Assembly: GCA_963717465.1 (NCBI GenBank)
Contig: OY970340.1
Location: 1,248,001 to 1,312,000, forward strand
From: Candidatus Bathyarchaeota archaeon
GTDB taxonomy: Archaea > Thermoproteota > Bathyarchaeia > Bathyarchaeales > Bathycorpusculaceae
Length of the DNA: 64,000 nt
Reading direction: 5' to 3'
Made by a program: the position numbers and the translations under genes. Under the pieces are notes generated by a model that worked only from the letters and a program-made list of their open reading frames with translations, did not search any database and was not told the DNA's origin. Numbering within the stretch: the first letter of the stretch is position 1; every line of letters begins with the position of its first letter. Positions 10,358 to 19,769 of this stretch are shown piece after piece.

Positions 10358-10941
10358 TGTTGCTTTGCATCCAAAAAGTTCTTGATGATAATTTTTCCAT
10401 CTTCGCAAAGGATTGACTCAGGATGAAATTGTACTCCATCAATCGGGTAATCAACATGGCGTACGCCCATTATTTCTCCATCATCTATGCTTTCCGCCGT
10501 AATTTCTAGGCAGTTGGGAATTGAGTTTCGTTCACCTGCAAGTGAGTGGTATCTTGTTGCGTTGAAGGGGTTGCGGACGCCGTCGAAAATTCCTTTTTCG
10601 CAATGCTTTATGGTGCATGTTTTTCCATGCATTAGTTTTTTTGCGGGTATAATTTTTCCGCCGAATGCGTGAATTATTCCTTGATGGCCCAAACAAACGC
10701 CTAAAGTTGGTGTTGTGCGGCTCATGCTTCTGAGAATTTCTGTGCATACGCCGAAGTATTTTTCATCTTCAGGGGTTCCCGGGCCTGGTGAGATTACGAT
10801 TCTTTCTGGTTTTAAAGTTTTCAACTGATCAAGGTTAACTTGGTCGTTTCTGTATACTATGGTTTCTGCGCCAAGTTCACCAATGTACTGGACAAGGTTG
10901 TAGACGAATGAGTCGTAATTGTCGATTACTAAAACTTTCAT
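10354..10941 (-). CDS. trpG: Anthranilate synthase component II
   Basis: IDNYDSF, SPGPG, GVCLGHQ, QFHPES. Confidence 0.96.
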   Translation of the reverse strand: MKVLVIDNYDSFVYNLVQYIGELGAETIVYRNDQVNLDQLKTLKPERIVISPGPGTPEDEKYFGVCTEILRSMSRTTPTLGVCLGHQGIIHAFGGKIIPAKKLMHGKTCTIKHCEKGIFDGVRNPFNATRYHSLAGERNSIPNCLEITAESIDDGEIMGVRHVDYPIDGVQFHPESILCEDGKIIIKNFLDAKQQ

Positions 10942-12332
10942 GGTTTGCTTTCTCCTGCAATTTCAAGTGCTCTGATAAGGGCTCTTGCCTTATGGTCAGT
11001 TTCGAACCACTCTGTTTCCGGGTTTGAATCCGCAACGATTCCTGCGCCGGCTTGAATGTATGCTTGGTCGCCATCGGCAAAGAGGGTTCGAATTGTTATG
11101 GCAAAATCCGCATTGCCATTGTTTGAAAAGTAGCCGACTGCGCCAGCGTAAGGTCCACGTGTTGACGGTTCAAGCTCATCGATTATTTGCATCGCTCGCA
11201 CTTTTGGTGCTCCTGAGACTGTTCCCGCTGGAAAGACTGCCTTTAATGCGTCGTAACATTGGAGATTTTCTTTTAGGTCTCCTGTTACTTGTGAAACTAT
11301 GTGTTGAACATGGCTGTACTGATGAATTTTCATGAATTCTGGAACTGTCACGCTGCCGTACCTTGAGATTTTTCCTAAATCGTTCCTCGCTAAATCAACA
11401 AGCATCACATGCTCCGCTCGTTCTTTTTGGTCAGCAAGCAATTCTCTGCCTAACTGTGCATTTTCGCTTGGGTTATCAGTTACTGGTCTCGTACCAGCGA
11501 TGGGGAAAGTTTCAACTTTCCTGTTATCTACTCTGACAAGCATTTCTGGGCTTGAGCCTACGATTTGCCTGCTACCTGATTTGAAGAAGTACATGTAAGG
11601 CGAAGGGTTAATCCTGCGTAGACTTCTGTAGAATGCCACCAAGTTGCCTTTAACTTGGAAATTGTAGCGCTTGGATAGAACAACTTGGAAAATGTCTCCG
11701 GAAGTCACGTATTTCTTAGCTTGAACAACTGCTTTCTCAAAGTCTTCTTTTTGAATGTTAACTTTAGGCTGAGTAAACGACAGATTATCATTATCGCTTG
11801 GCTGCCCAAGCAGCCCTTCAACTTCATCTAAGCGATTTTCATCTTGAAAATAATAGTGTGCTCTTTCTTTTGTGTGATCAAACACGAATCCGTCTTCAAA
11901 GATGCCCATTTCCACGTCAGGAAAATTCAATTCGTCCTTGGGTTTTGTCGGGAGTTTTTCCCAGTAGCGAACAGCATCGTACGAGATGTATCCCACTGCT
12001 CCCCCCACTAATCGGAATTGATCGTTTTGTATGGCTTTAGCTTGGATTAATTTTTGAATTTGTTGCAAGGGATCGCTTGTTCGTTCACTGATTATTTCCT
12101 TAGTTTTTTCGTTTTGTATGGTGGCTTTTTGGTTTTTTACTTGAATTGTCAATGTGGGAGAAAAACCTATGAATGAATATTGAGCGAGTTTTTTTGGTCC
12201 TTCAATTGATTCTAAGAGGTAAATAGTTTTAAAGTGCTTGTAAAGCTTTGAAAATACTTCAAGAGGCTGTTGTGTGTATGGGATGCTTTCAAAATTTAGG
12301 GTGTTGGCTGATTGAGTGGCGGTTGTTTGCAT
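10938..12332 (-). CDS. trpE: Anthranilate synthase component I
   Basis: LLES, NPSPYM, SSPE, PAGTVSGAPK, QAGAGIV. Confidence 0.96.
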   Translation of the reverse strand: MQTTATQSANTLNFESIPYTQQPLEVFSKLYKHFKTIYLLESIEGPKKLAQYSFIGFSPTLTIQVKNQKATIQNEKTKEIISERTSDPLQQIQKLIQAKAIQNDQFRLVGGAVGYISYDAVRYWEKLPTKPKDELNFPDVEMGIFEDGFVFDHTKERAHYYFQDENRLDEVEGLLGQPSDNDNLSFTQPKVNIQKEDFEKAVVQAKKYVTSGDIFQVVLSKRYNFQVKGNLVAFYRSLRRINPSPYMYFFKSGSRQIVGSSPEMLVRVDNRKVETFPIAGTRPVTDNPSENAQLGRELLADQKERAEHVMLVDLARNDLGKISRYGSVTVPEFMKIHQYSHVQHIVSQVTGDLKENLQCYDALKAVFPAGTVSGAPKVRAMQIIDELEPSTRGPYAGAVGYFSNNGNADFAITIRTLFADGDQAYIQAGAGIVADSNPETEWFETDHKARALIRALEIAGESKP

Positions 12333-12350
12333 TCCAAAGGCGATCCCTCA

Positions 12351-12421
12351 TGTTCATGTACTCCGTGGAGCAAAATATACTTGAAAGCATTATTTAAGGC
12401 TTTTTAGTACAAAAATGTACA
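12351..12421. promoter_or_regulatory. trpE promoter with TRP-box-like hexamers
   Basis: AGTACA-AAAA-TGTACA 12406-12421, TGTACT 12357-12362, minus-strand TATA TTAAATA near 12391-12397. Confidence 0.5.
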
Positions 12422-12442
12422 TAAAAAGAGGATTGTTATCGG

Positions 12443-12763
12443 TTATTTAAGGACGCTCTGCATCCAATCTAAATAGTCTTTTGAACCAGCAACAATCGGA
12501 ACGGCAATAATCTCTGGTACTTCATAACTGTGAAAAGCCTTAACACGTTTCGATAACTCATCAAATAAGTCAGCTCGAGACTTCATGATTATGCGGAATT
12601 CTTCAGCAGTCTCTATTTTTCCTTGCCAATTAAAAACCGAGGAGATTGGTCCATAGATGTGTGCGCATGAAACCAGTTTTTCTTCAACGAGTGTCGTAGT
12701 AATTTTTTCTGCTTGTTTTTTATCTGCAGTTGTAACGTATACGATAATAAAGTCTTTATTCAA
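12443..12763 (-). CDS. cutA: Divalent-cation tolerance protein
   Basis: LVEEKLVSCA, FNWQGKIE, HSYEVPEII. Confidence 0.92.
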   Translation of the reverse strand: MNKDFIIVYVTTADKKQAEKITTTLVEEKLVSCAHIYGPISSVFNWQGKIETAEEFRIIMKSRADLFDELSKRVKAFHSYEVPEIIAVPIVAGSKDYLDWMQSVLK

Positions 12764-12824
12764 AAATTCTTACCCAAAAACAAATATTTCCTTTTTTCCT
12801 AAAAAGGTTTAGTGTTAAGGCAAA

Positions 12825-13286
12825 TTAATGTCTGTTTCTGTCTTTATCTATTTTTATTCGCCATTCTGGAACCCTAATATCTTTTATGGCATCCCACTTG
12901 TCATACGGCTTAATGTCTAAAACAGGTGTGCCGTCGTACGCGTCAAGACCTCTAACAGTCAGCATGTTGCCTTCTACTTTGAGGAGTTCCACCACGGTTA
13001 ATCCAATGGGGTTAGGACGCGTACCTGTCCTTGTCGCGTAAACGCCCACTAATGGCATATCCATCCTTCCTCGCGGATGAACCTTAAGCGCTACCTGCTT
13101 TGCTGCATACTCGTTCAAATAGAACAGGACAAACAAGTGCGAAAAATCACTTAACCCTTCCAAGCCCTTCACAAGGTCGTTTTTTAAAACGATTTGTGCA
13201 ATGCGATTCTTGTCTTTGACTTCATCGCCAACAGCTTCGGTCTTAACGTAGCCAATTGGCTTAAAAACTACATCCTTAAAAGACAT
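12825..13286 (-). CDS. tsaA: tRNA t6A37 N6-methyltransferase (TrmO/TsaA family)
   Basis: GVYATR..RPNPIGLT, GLDAYDGTPVLDIKPY. Confidence 0.88.
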   Translation of the reverse strand: MSFKDVVFKPIGYVKTEAVGDEVKDKNRIAQIVLKNDLVKGLEGLSDFSHLFVLFYLNEYAAKQVALKVHPRGRMDMPLVGVYATRTGTRPNPIGLTVVELLKVEGNMLTVRGLDAYDGTPVLDIKPYDKWDAIKDIRVPEWRIKIDKDRNRH

Positions 13287-13367
13287 AATAATCGCATAAT
13301 ATTTAGTTGAACGCGCTAATCAAATTATCGTGTTAAAAGCAGAAACGCTATGAGCACCCTTTGCCCT

Positions 13368-14297
13368 CTAATGTATTGCAATTTGAGCCTTCAAAACTTG
13401 TTCTATCTGATCCGTGTCTTCTGTAGTTTCATCGTCAAGGGGTATAATATTTATTTCATTAGCTGATGTTACGCCAAATCCAAGTTCAGCTGCCCGCTCA
13501 ATTTGGTCTTGACTAAAAACGTCCTCTTTGCCTAATTTTCCTTTAGCTCCATACATTTTGAGAATTGCAGCGCCAACTGCGTCGATTGCCACTCGATCTT
13601 TGCTTGCAAGCAAAAGGTTTGGCTGCACAACTTTTCCCTGTTCTGGGCCATCTGTAACAAACGCTTTGAGCCCATCCATAACTATCAAGTCTGTGTTGTA
13701 GTGACTGTTTATTTCGGCAATCATTTTTCTTTGGTAAATTGAACTATGAAGCTCCATCATATAATTGTATAATTCGCCACGCACTCTTTTAGCAACCAGA
13801 CCAACAGAATTCTTCATTGAAAGCGTGAAGTGACCGCCGAACCTATGCGTTTTAAGACAACATGTCTGCACAACTTTGTCTGCTTCCAAAAAAAGTTTCG
13901 CAATGTAGAAGCCGTTAAGCCAATGAGTGCCATTATGCTCGATTTTTTTCCATCCATTCTTGCCAAGGTCATCAAGTACAACGGCGTTAAACCCTAACTC
14001 TTTTGCAAGGTTAAAGACGCCCATTTGCTCTAGAACTTCTCTTGTGTCACCCATTCCGCTGCGTTCAGCTAAAGTGATGCTTTTTACATCAGCATTTTGC
14101 AAGTTTTCAACTATTGCTCGAAGAGTATCCAGATGAGTCGATGCTGGAAATGGGTCAGCACTGTTAAAATTAGCTTTCAAAGCAGCCTTTGCACCAGAAA
14201 AATCAGCTAAATCAAAATTTCTAAGCAATTCAGAAATACCAAAAGCCCTATCAAGCGTTCTTAGAACAAAAACTTTCCCTAAATCATTACGTGCCAT
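13368..14297 (-). CDS. DUF362 family protein
   Basis: LKANFNSADPFPAST, LKTHRFGGHFTLSMKN, DRVAID; start moved to ATG 14297 because the longer ORF runs across the tRNA. Confidence 0.85.
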   Translation of the reverse strand: MARNDLGKVFVLRTLDRAFGISELLRNFDLADFSGAKAALKANFNSADPFPASTHLDTLRAIVENLQNADVKSITLAERSGMGDTREVLEQMGVFNLAKELGFNAVVLDDLGKNGWKKIEHNGTHWLNGFYIAKLFLEADKVVQTCCLKTHRFGGHFTLSMKNSVGLVAKRVRGELYNYMMELHSSIYQRKMIAEINSHYNTDLIVMDGLKAFVTDGPEQGKVVQPNLLLASKDRVAIDAVGAAILKMYGAKGKLGKEDVFSQDQIERAAELGFGVTSANEINIIPLDDETTEDTDQIEQVLKAQIAIH

Positions 14298-14416
14298 AAA
14301 ATTTTCAGAATAAAATTCGCTATTATTAGTCTTCACTGCATCATACTGCAACAACAACAATAATGATACCGTAAGCTCTATATTATCCAATGAAGCTTTT
14401 TTTCGGAAGAAGTGTT

Positions 14417-14494
14417 GGGCCCGTAGCTCAGTCAGGCCAGAGCGGCGGACTCTTAATCCGTAGGCCGCGGGTTCAATTCCCGTCGGGCCCGCCA
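14417..14494 (+). tRNA. tRNA-Lys (CTT), intron-less, CCA encoded
   Basis: GGGCCCG acceptor stem; anticodon arm GCGGA-CTCTTAA-TCCGT; T-loop GGTTCAATTCC; ends GCCA. Confidence 0.97.
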
Positions 14495-14589
14495 CATCGT
14501 AAACGTTTTTATTTTTTAGATTTGAAACTTGTTTAAACTGAAATTGTAGCAACACCTTTTTGGTAATAAGGTTTTCTCAAAAACAAATT

Positions 14590-14605
14590 AATCTTGCGAT
14601 TTTAT
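14590..14605 (+). repeat. 16-bp direct repeat, left copy
   Basis: AATCTTGCGATTTTAT, identical to 19445-19460. Confidence 0.85.
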
Positions 14606-14650
14606 AAAAAGAAAAAATAAAAAGAGCGATTAGTGCAATCGGAATTATGC

Positions 14651-15033
14651 TTAGTATTCAACGCCTTTCATTTCTTTCTGAATAACTGCCATACGCTTTA
14701 GATTATTCTGGTTTTTCATTGCAAACATCATGTCAAGCTTTAGTTTAGCACCTTTCTGTGGATTAATCTCACCTTTAGCAATACCCGCGTGATTAGTGTA
14801 CGTAGCAGTGTTTCCGAACTTGGACTTTTGAGATCAGCGGCTTTAGCTTCACTAGCTGTAGTCTTTCCATTTTCCATCTTTAGGAGAAAAGCTTTGGGTG
14901 TACCATCGGCGTTAAACACGTCAGTAAAGATATACATAAAACTGGTAGTCAAGGCTGCCTTCATCCAAGCTTCATCCTTATTCATGGCTTCAGCATATGC
15001 TTGCCAATATTCCAATGTTCCAAATTTCACCAA
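14651..15033 (-). CDS. SCP2 (sterol carrier protein 2)-like lipid-binding protein (frameshifted)
   Basis: FGTLEYWQAYAEAMNKDE...continuing ATYTNHAGIAKGEINP..KLKLDMMFAMKN in other frames. Confidence 0.65.
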
Positions 15034-15118
15034 AATTTCACCTCCCTACCATAAGTGATTAAGCGACTTAGCATTAGATGAAAAAAGAGAATGGTGTTTG
15101 TTTATTTAGTTTTCCCCT

Positions 15119-15964
15119 TTAGGTCGAGGGTAAATAACCCGACGTGGCAAGATCCACTTGCCCAGTGTATATACCGCCTGCGAATCCATAGTCAACGAGA
15201 ACGTCTGCCCCGCTTACATAACTTGCCAAATCGCTAGTCAGAAAGACAAGCACCCAAGCCTGCTCAGTAGCCTTTGCATAACGCCCGATAGGCGATATTA
15301 TTTTTTTCCCTTCCTCATCTGACATTCCCTTCAACAGGGGCGTTTGAGTGACTCCAGGCATTATAGTGTTAATTCTAATGCCCCTTTCTGATAACTGAAA
15401 AGCTCTCTGTTTGACATAGCTAAGAACACACTCCTTCGAAAAGTTATATTCTCTAATGTTTTTCTTTGGTCCTCCGATGATCTCAGGGTCTTCTATACGC
15501 TGTTGTAGCCATGCAATTGCACCTTCCCAATCAGGTACGGCAATAAATTCAAGGCAATTCTGCATATTCATTGTCCAACCTAAGCCACCTAAAGATGAAA
15601 CCCACCCAATTGCCCCAGTGCCATTAGGCATGCGAGGAAGAAGGCCTTCAATAATGCGTCTGTGTCCCATGAAATTTACCACCACTGTATCAACTCGATT
15701 ATCCGATTCACCTATACCTGCAACATTGAATAGTCTGTCAATCTTTGAAGGCAACTTTGCGATGGCGGCATCTATGGATTCTTTTTTCCTCAAGTCTACA
15801 TTAATGTACTTAACGCCAGGAACCGTAGGCTCTTTTATATCTAAGCCATACACTATGGCGCCAAAATCGACTAGTATCCGAGCTATTGCATCTCCCATTC
15901 CTGATGAGGCGCCAACAACTACCGTTGTCAGCTTTTCATATCCAAACAAATTTTTCATATCCAT
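15119..15964 (-). CDS. SDR oxidoreductase, 3-alpha-HSD/coniferyl alcohol dehydrogenase-like
   Basis: GASSGMG, LFNVAGI, VSS, YNFSK, PGVTQTP. Confidence 0.85.
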   Translation of the reverse strand: MDMKNLFGYEKLTTVVVGASSGMGDAIARILVDFGAIVYGLDIKEPTVPGVKYINVDLRKKESIDAAIAKLPSKIDRLFNVAGIGESDNRVDTVVVNFMGHRRIIEGLLPRMPNGTGAIGWVSSLGGLGWTMNMQNCLEFIAVPDWEGAIAWLQQRIEDPEIIGGPKKNIREYNFSKECVLSYVKQRAFQLSERGIRINTIMPGVTQTPLLKGMSDEEGKKIISPIGRYAKATEQAWVLVFLTSDLASYVSGADVLVDYGFAGGIYTGQVDLATSGYLPST

Positions 15965-16108
15965 TTTTATCTACCTGTTTTTTTCTCCCTTCAAGAATCT
16001 AACATAATAGTTTACGTATAGTCATCTAATATAACCTTGTTCCAAGAGGTCTCTTCCCACAAAGCAATTTAAGATATTTTTTAAAACTAGAATCGCTACG
16101 AGGGAAAG

Positions 16109-17981
16109 TTGAGTATGCTAGGGTACTTTAACAAACTTCTAAGAGTAGATTTAAACACAAAAAAGATAACCGAAGAAAAAATAGAAGATGACACTCTAAA
16201 AACTTGGGTAGGGGGCACAGGTTTAGGATTAAAAATATTGTATGATGAGGTCCCAAAGGGAGTCGACGCTCTGGACCCTGAAAATAGGATAATATTTGCT
16301 ACAGGTCCTCTTACTGGAACAGCTACACCTGGGTCTGGCACTTACTGTCTTGTTTCTAAATCACCGTTAACTAATTGTGTTGCATCCGCTCAAGCCAACG
16401 GGTTTTTCGGCGCTCGGCTTAAAAAAGCTGGTTACGATGCTATTGTAATTCAAGGAGCCTCTGATAAACCCGTATACTTATGGGTGCATGATGGTGCAGC
16501 AGAAATTCGTGATGCTGAAAAATTTTGGGGTACTACTACCACATTGGAATGCGAAGAAAAGGTTAAGGAAGATTTAAACCAAAAAAATGCAAGCGTTGCA
16601 TGTATTGGTCCTGCCGGCGAGAACTTGGTGAGGTGTGCTTCAGTATTTAGTGATTTTGGCCATGTTGCCTCTTCAGGCGGTTTAGGAGCTGTTTTAGGCT
16701 CAAAGAAACTCAAAGCTATAGCAGTACTTGGAACGCAGAAAATCACTCTAGCAGACGAGCAAGAACTAAAAGCAGCCGCTAAAAGGTTGGTAGATGCTAA
16801 TAAGGAATCCATGTACGGGCAAATTTTACCTACGTCAGGTACAGCCGGTCAGTTTGCAATGGTTGTTGAACAAGGCTTGATTCCACACAAGAATTGTACA
16901 ACAAACGTTTACCCACCTGGAGTGCCAGAAAACTTTGCAAACCAAAGAAATACTGTTGATCGGTAAGCGGAATTCATGTTGGGCGTGTCCGATGGATCAC
17001 TGCCAAATTTTTACAATTAAAGAAGGCCCACATAAAGGGTTAGTTTTAGAAGAACCAGAATATGAAGACCTTTCTGGCTGGGGGTTCAATATAGGGAATT
17101 ATGATCTTGCAGAAGCTATGTATCTTACCCATGTAAACGATGGTTTAGGAATGGATGTAAAAGAGGCCTCATGGCTGATTAGCTTTGCAATGGAATGCTA
17201 TGAAAATGGCATATTAGGAATGGAAGACACGGAGGGCATAGAGCTTAAGTGGGGAGACACTAAGGCAGTGGAAACACTTCTTGGAAAGATTGCTAGAAGG
17301 CAGAGTATATTGGGAAACACTTTGGCTGAGGGCATAAAGAGGGCTTCTTACTTGCTGGGTGCGCCAGATAGGGCAGTCTACTGCTAAGAATGCAGGCATG
17401 CATGTGGTCGACTTTAGAAGCATGATCCAAGTTCTATTTGACATGGGTGTTTCTGAAACAGCTTCTGGTCAGGGTAATAGCGCGAGCTCGCTACACCTGA
17501 TCCAGAAGTAGAGGGTTTAATGAAAGAAGTTTATGTAAAGGGTTTAAATACACCATTTGTGCTTGGCAGATTTTCCAAAAGCAACTTCATAAACAGTCTC
17601 ATAATATGCTTCTTTAACGTAAACATTGCAATGGAACCAATTATGTTTGAGCCTCATGTGTTAGACTTAGTGAGAGCTGCTACAGGCTGGAAAGACTACA
17701 CCCTTCAAGATGCTCTGGCGGTTTCCGAAAAAATCATACAATTGGCGAGGGTATTTAACATAAAGCAAGGACTTACTCCAGAGGATGATACACCATCTCC
17801 CAGATTGCTTGAGCCTCCAGTAGATGGCCCATCAGAAGGTATAACGATGAAACAAGTCTACAAGGGACTATTATCGGCATATTATAGAATTATGGGTTGG
17901 GATGAGAAAACAGGTAAACCTCTAAAGAGTACTTTAGAAAATGTCGGCTTAGGCTATTGCTATAAAGATATTTACCCTTAA
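16109..17981 (+). CDS. Aldehyde:ferredoxin oxidoreductase family (W/Mo-pterin); frameshifts near 16955, 17380, 17490
   Basis: KSPLT, CIGPAGENLV, GSKKLKAIAV, CWACPMDHC, EPEYE, MGWDEKTGKP. Confidence 0.9.
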
Positions 17982-18032
17982 CCCATATTTTTATTTCTTA
18001 GGCTGTTATTTTTACAGATAGGGGCAACAAGA

Positions 18033-18306
18033 TTGCTCGTTCACGTTCAATTGATTAAACCTCTTACGGAAATGATTGGAGCAGACAAGGAAGTAGAGAT
18101 TAACATAGATGAGGGAGCAACAGTAAAAGCACTTATTGATAAAATAGTTGAGTTGTATGGGGAAAAATCTAGGGAGGTAATATTAGACCGTAAGAAAGAG
18201 AAAATTAAAATCGTTGTGCTTGTAGATGGAAAAGTATGGCGAATTTAAAACCAAGTTAACCGAGAAATCCAAAGTGGTTTTAATGATACCCTACGGGGGT
18301 GGATAA
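18033..18306 (+). CDS. MoaD/ThiS/SAMP ubiquitin-like sulfur carrier (frameshift near 18240)
   Basis: GATVKALID; C-terminus ..VLMIPYGGG* in the shifted frame. Confidence 0.85.
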
Positions 18307-18396
18307 ACTTTTTCTCCATTCTGCAGCATTAGCTTTTGCTGTAGCTAGCATGCCTGTAGAAACTAACATTTTTTACATACGTTAAGCTTAACCATT

Positions 18397-19244
18397 TTAA
18401 GTTTCGTAGAAAGACCTGGTGTGAACTATAGTTTTTGCGTCAGGATCTTTCCATAATCTTTCAAATGTTTCCTTTATGATTGTGCTCAGTTCAGCAGCGG
18501 TAGTTACTATAGCCAGCTTATTATCTAATGAAAGAATGGGAAACCATACCTCTTCTGAATCGTACATTGCAAAAAAGTGTTTGTTTGTATGCTGAAGTGT
18601 TTTTAATTCGAAGTCCGCATTTTTAGGCATTATTCTTTTGAATCCATCGCTAAGTGTACTTTCTTTTTCTGATAGAAGGATTAAGACGCGGATTTTAATT
18701 TTGCGTTTTGCCATATTCCTAAATTTTTCTTCTAAATATTCCAGCCATTCAAAAGGTGCATCTGGCAACACAACAGCGTACTCAAACCTTACTTTTTTGA
18801 ATGATAGTTCAGCCATATTAAAAGACATATTAAAAAGTTTTTCATAATCTAGAAGAACGAATTCGGCATTGGTTTCTTTTACGGTCTCTTATCATTCCGT
18901 ATTTCCGTTACGACCCCTCTAAAAGAGTTGTCTAAGGATGTAATTTTTTCCTTTAACTCTTGTTTCTTTAGAAGAAGAAGCCGACTCAAGCCTAATTTAA
19001 CTGGAATCTGTTTGATTACAATGGGCTTGTCATAGGTTTTGAGTATTAAGCCTTTTTTTTCAAGTTTAGCTAAAATTTTATATACATCTTGGGAGTGTAT
19101 GTTTGTTTTGCCAGAAATTTCCTTAACATTTGTGTAATTAAATTTAATTATGCAAGAATATACTCTTGCTTCGTTTCTGAAAGACCAAAAGAGCATAAGT
19201 TCTTCGATCTTCAGTTTGTCTTTTTCAATCGGTTCCTCTATCAC
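18397..19244 (-). CDS. TrmB-family transcriptional regulator (frameshifted)
   Basis: NEARVY..KEISGKTNIHSQDVYKILAKLEKKGL HTH; C-terminal domain ending FERLWK. Confidence 0.8.
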
Positions 19245-19363
19245 ACCTTACACCTAATTATTTTTAGGACTCTGAGACCTTTCAGTTAGTTGAAATATCT
19301 TAAAGAAACCGTCGACGCTTTCCATGTGAACCTTCATCACTTTTTTCACCGATATGCATCAGA

Positions 19364-19460
19364 AACAATATCGACATTAAATTTGTGCAACATCATAATC
19401 ATATTTATGCAACATCGTAATCATGTTACGATAATATCGTAATAAATCTTGCGATTTTAT
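19364..19460. repeat. Four 22-bp-period palindromic units ending in the right copy of the 16-bp direct repeat
   Basis: ATC cores at 19370, 19392, 19414, 19436; ATCGTAA-TCATG-TTACGAT 19414-19432 perfect; ATCGTAA-TAAATC-TTGCGAT 19436-19455. Confidence 0.8.
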
Positions 19461-19526
19461 GACAAATTTTAAAAATCAATAATCTATTCAAATTTGAGAT
19501 TTATAATGTACACGAAGGGTGCCGTA

Positions 19527-19550
19527 AACTACATGTCAAGTTATGTAGTT
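19527..19550. promoter_or_regulatory. Perfect 8-8-8 inverted repeat
   Basis: AACTACAT-GTCAAGTT-ATGTAGTT. Confidence 0.5.
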
Positions 19551-19769
19551 AACCCCTGGTTCAATTTATAATCAACCCAACACTTTACGGTATTTTTCCA
19601 TCAACTTGCGGGAAAAATTTAATTTTTTGTTGAGTTAACTTTTGTTAAACTATTGGTTGTCCAAATAGTGTAATAGAAAATTTGACTTTTAGTGGAAATT
19701 TTTTTGATAACCCTGTTAACTTAATTTAACAAAGGGCGTAATTGTGCTTTTCAAAAATGTATAAAATAG

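Noticed and set aside
12289..12357. trp leader peptide MNMRDRLWNANN... overlapping trpE
   Set aside because: Only one Trp codon and no attenuator hairpins evident
14298..14555. N-terminal extension of the DUF362 ORF
   Set aside because: It is the antisense read of tRNA-Lys
16013..16036. ModE box at the first AOR/SDR promoter
   Set aside because: Spacing and left half do not fit; the right half is explained by the SDR TATA box
16935..17520. Stop-codon readthrough (Sec/Pyl) in the first AOR
   Set aside because: The coding sequence continues in a different frame at each break, so these are indels rather than in-frame stops
19364..19455. CRISPR array
   Set aside because: Repeats abut without unique spacers and no cas genes are present
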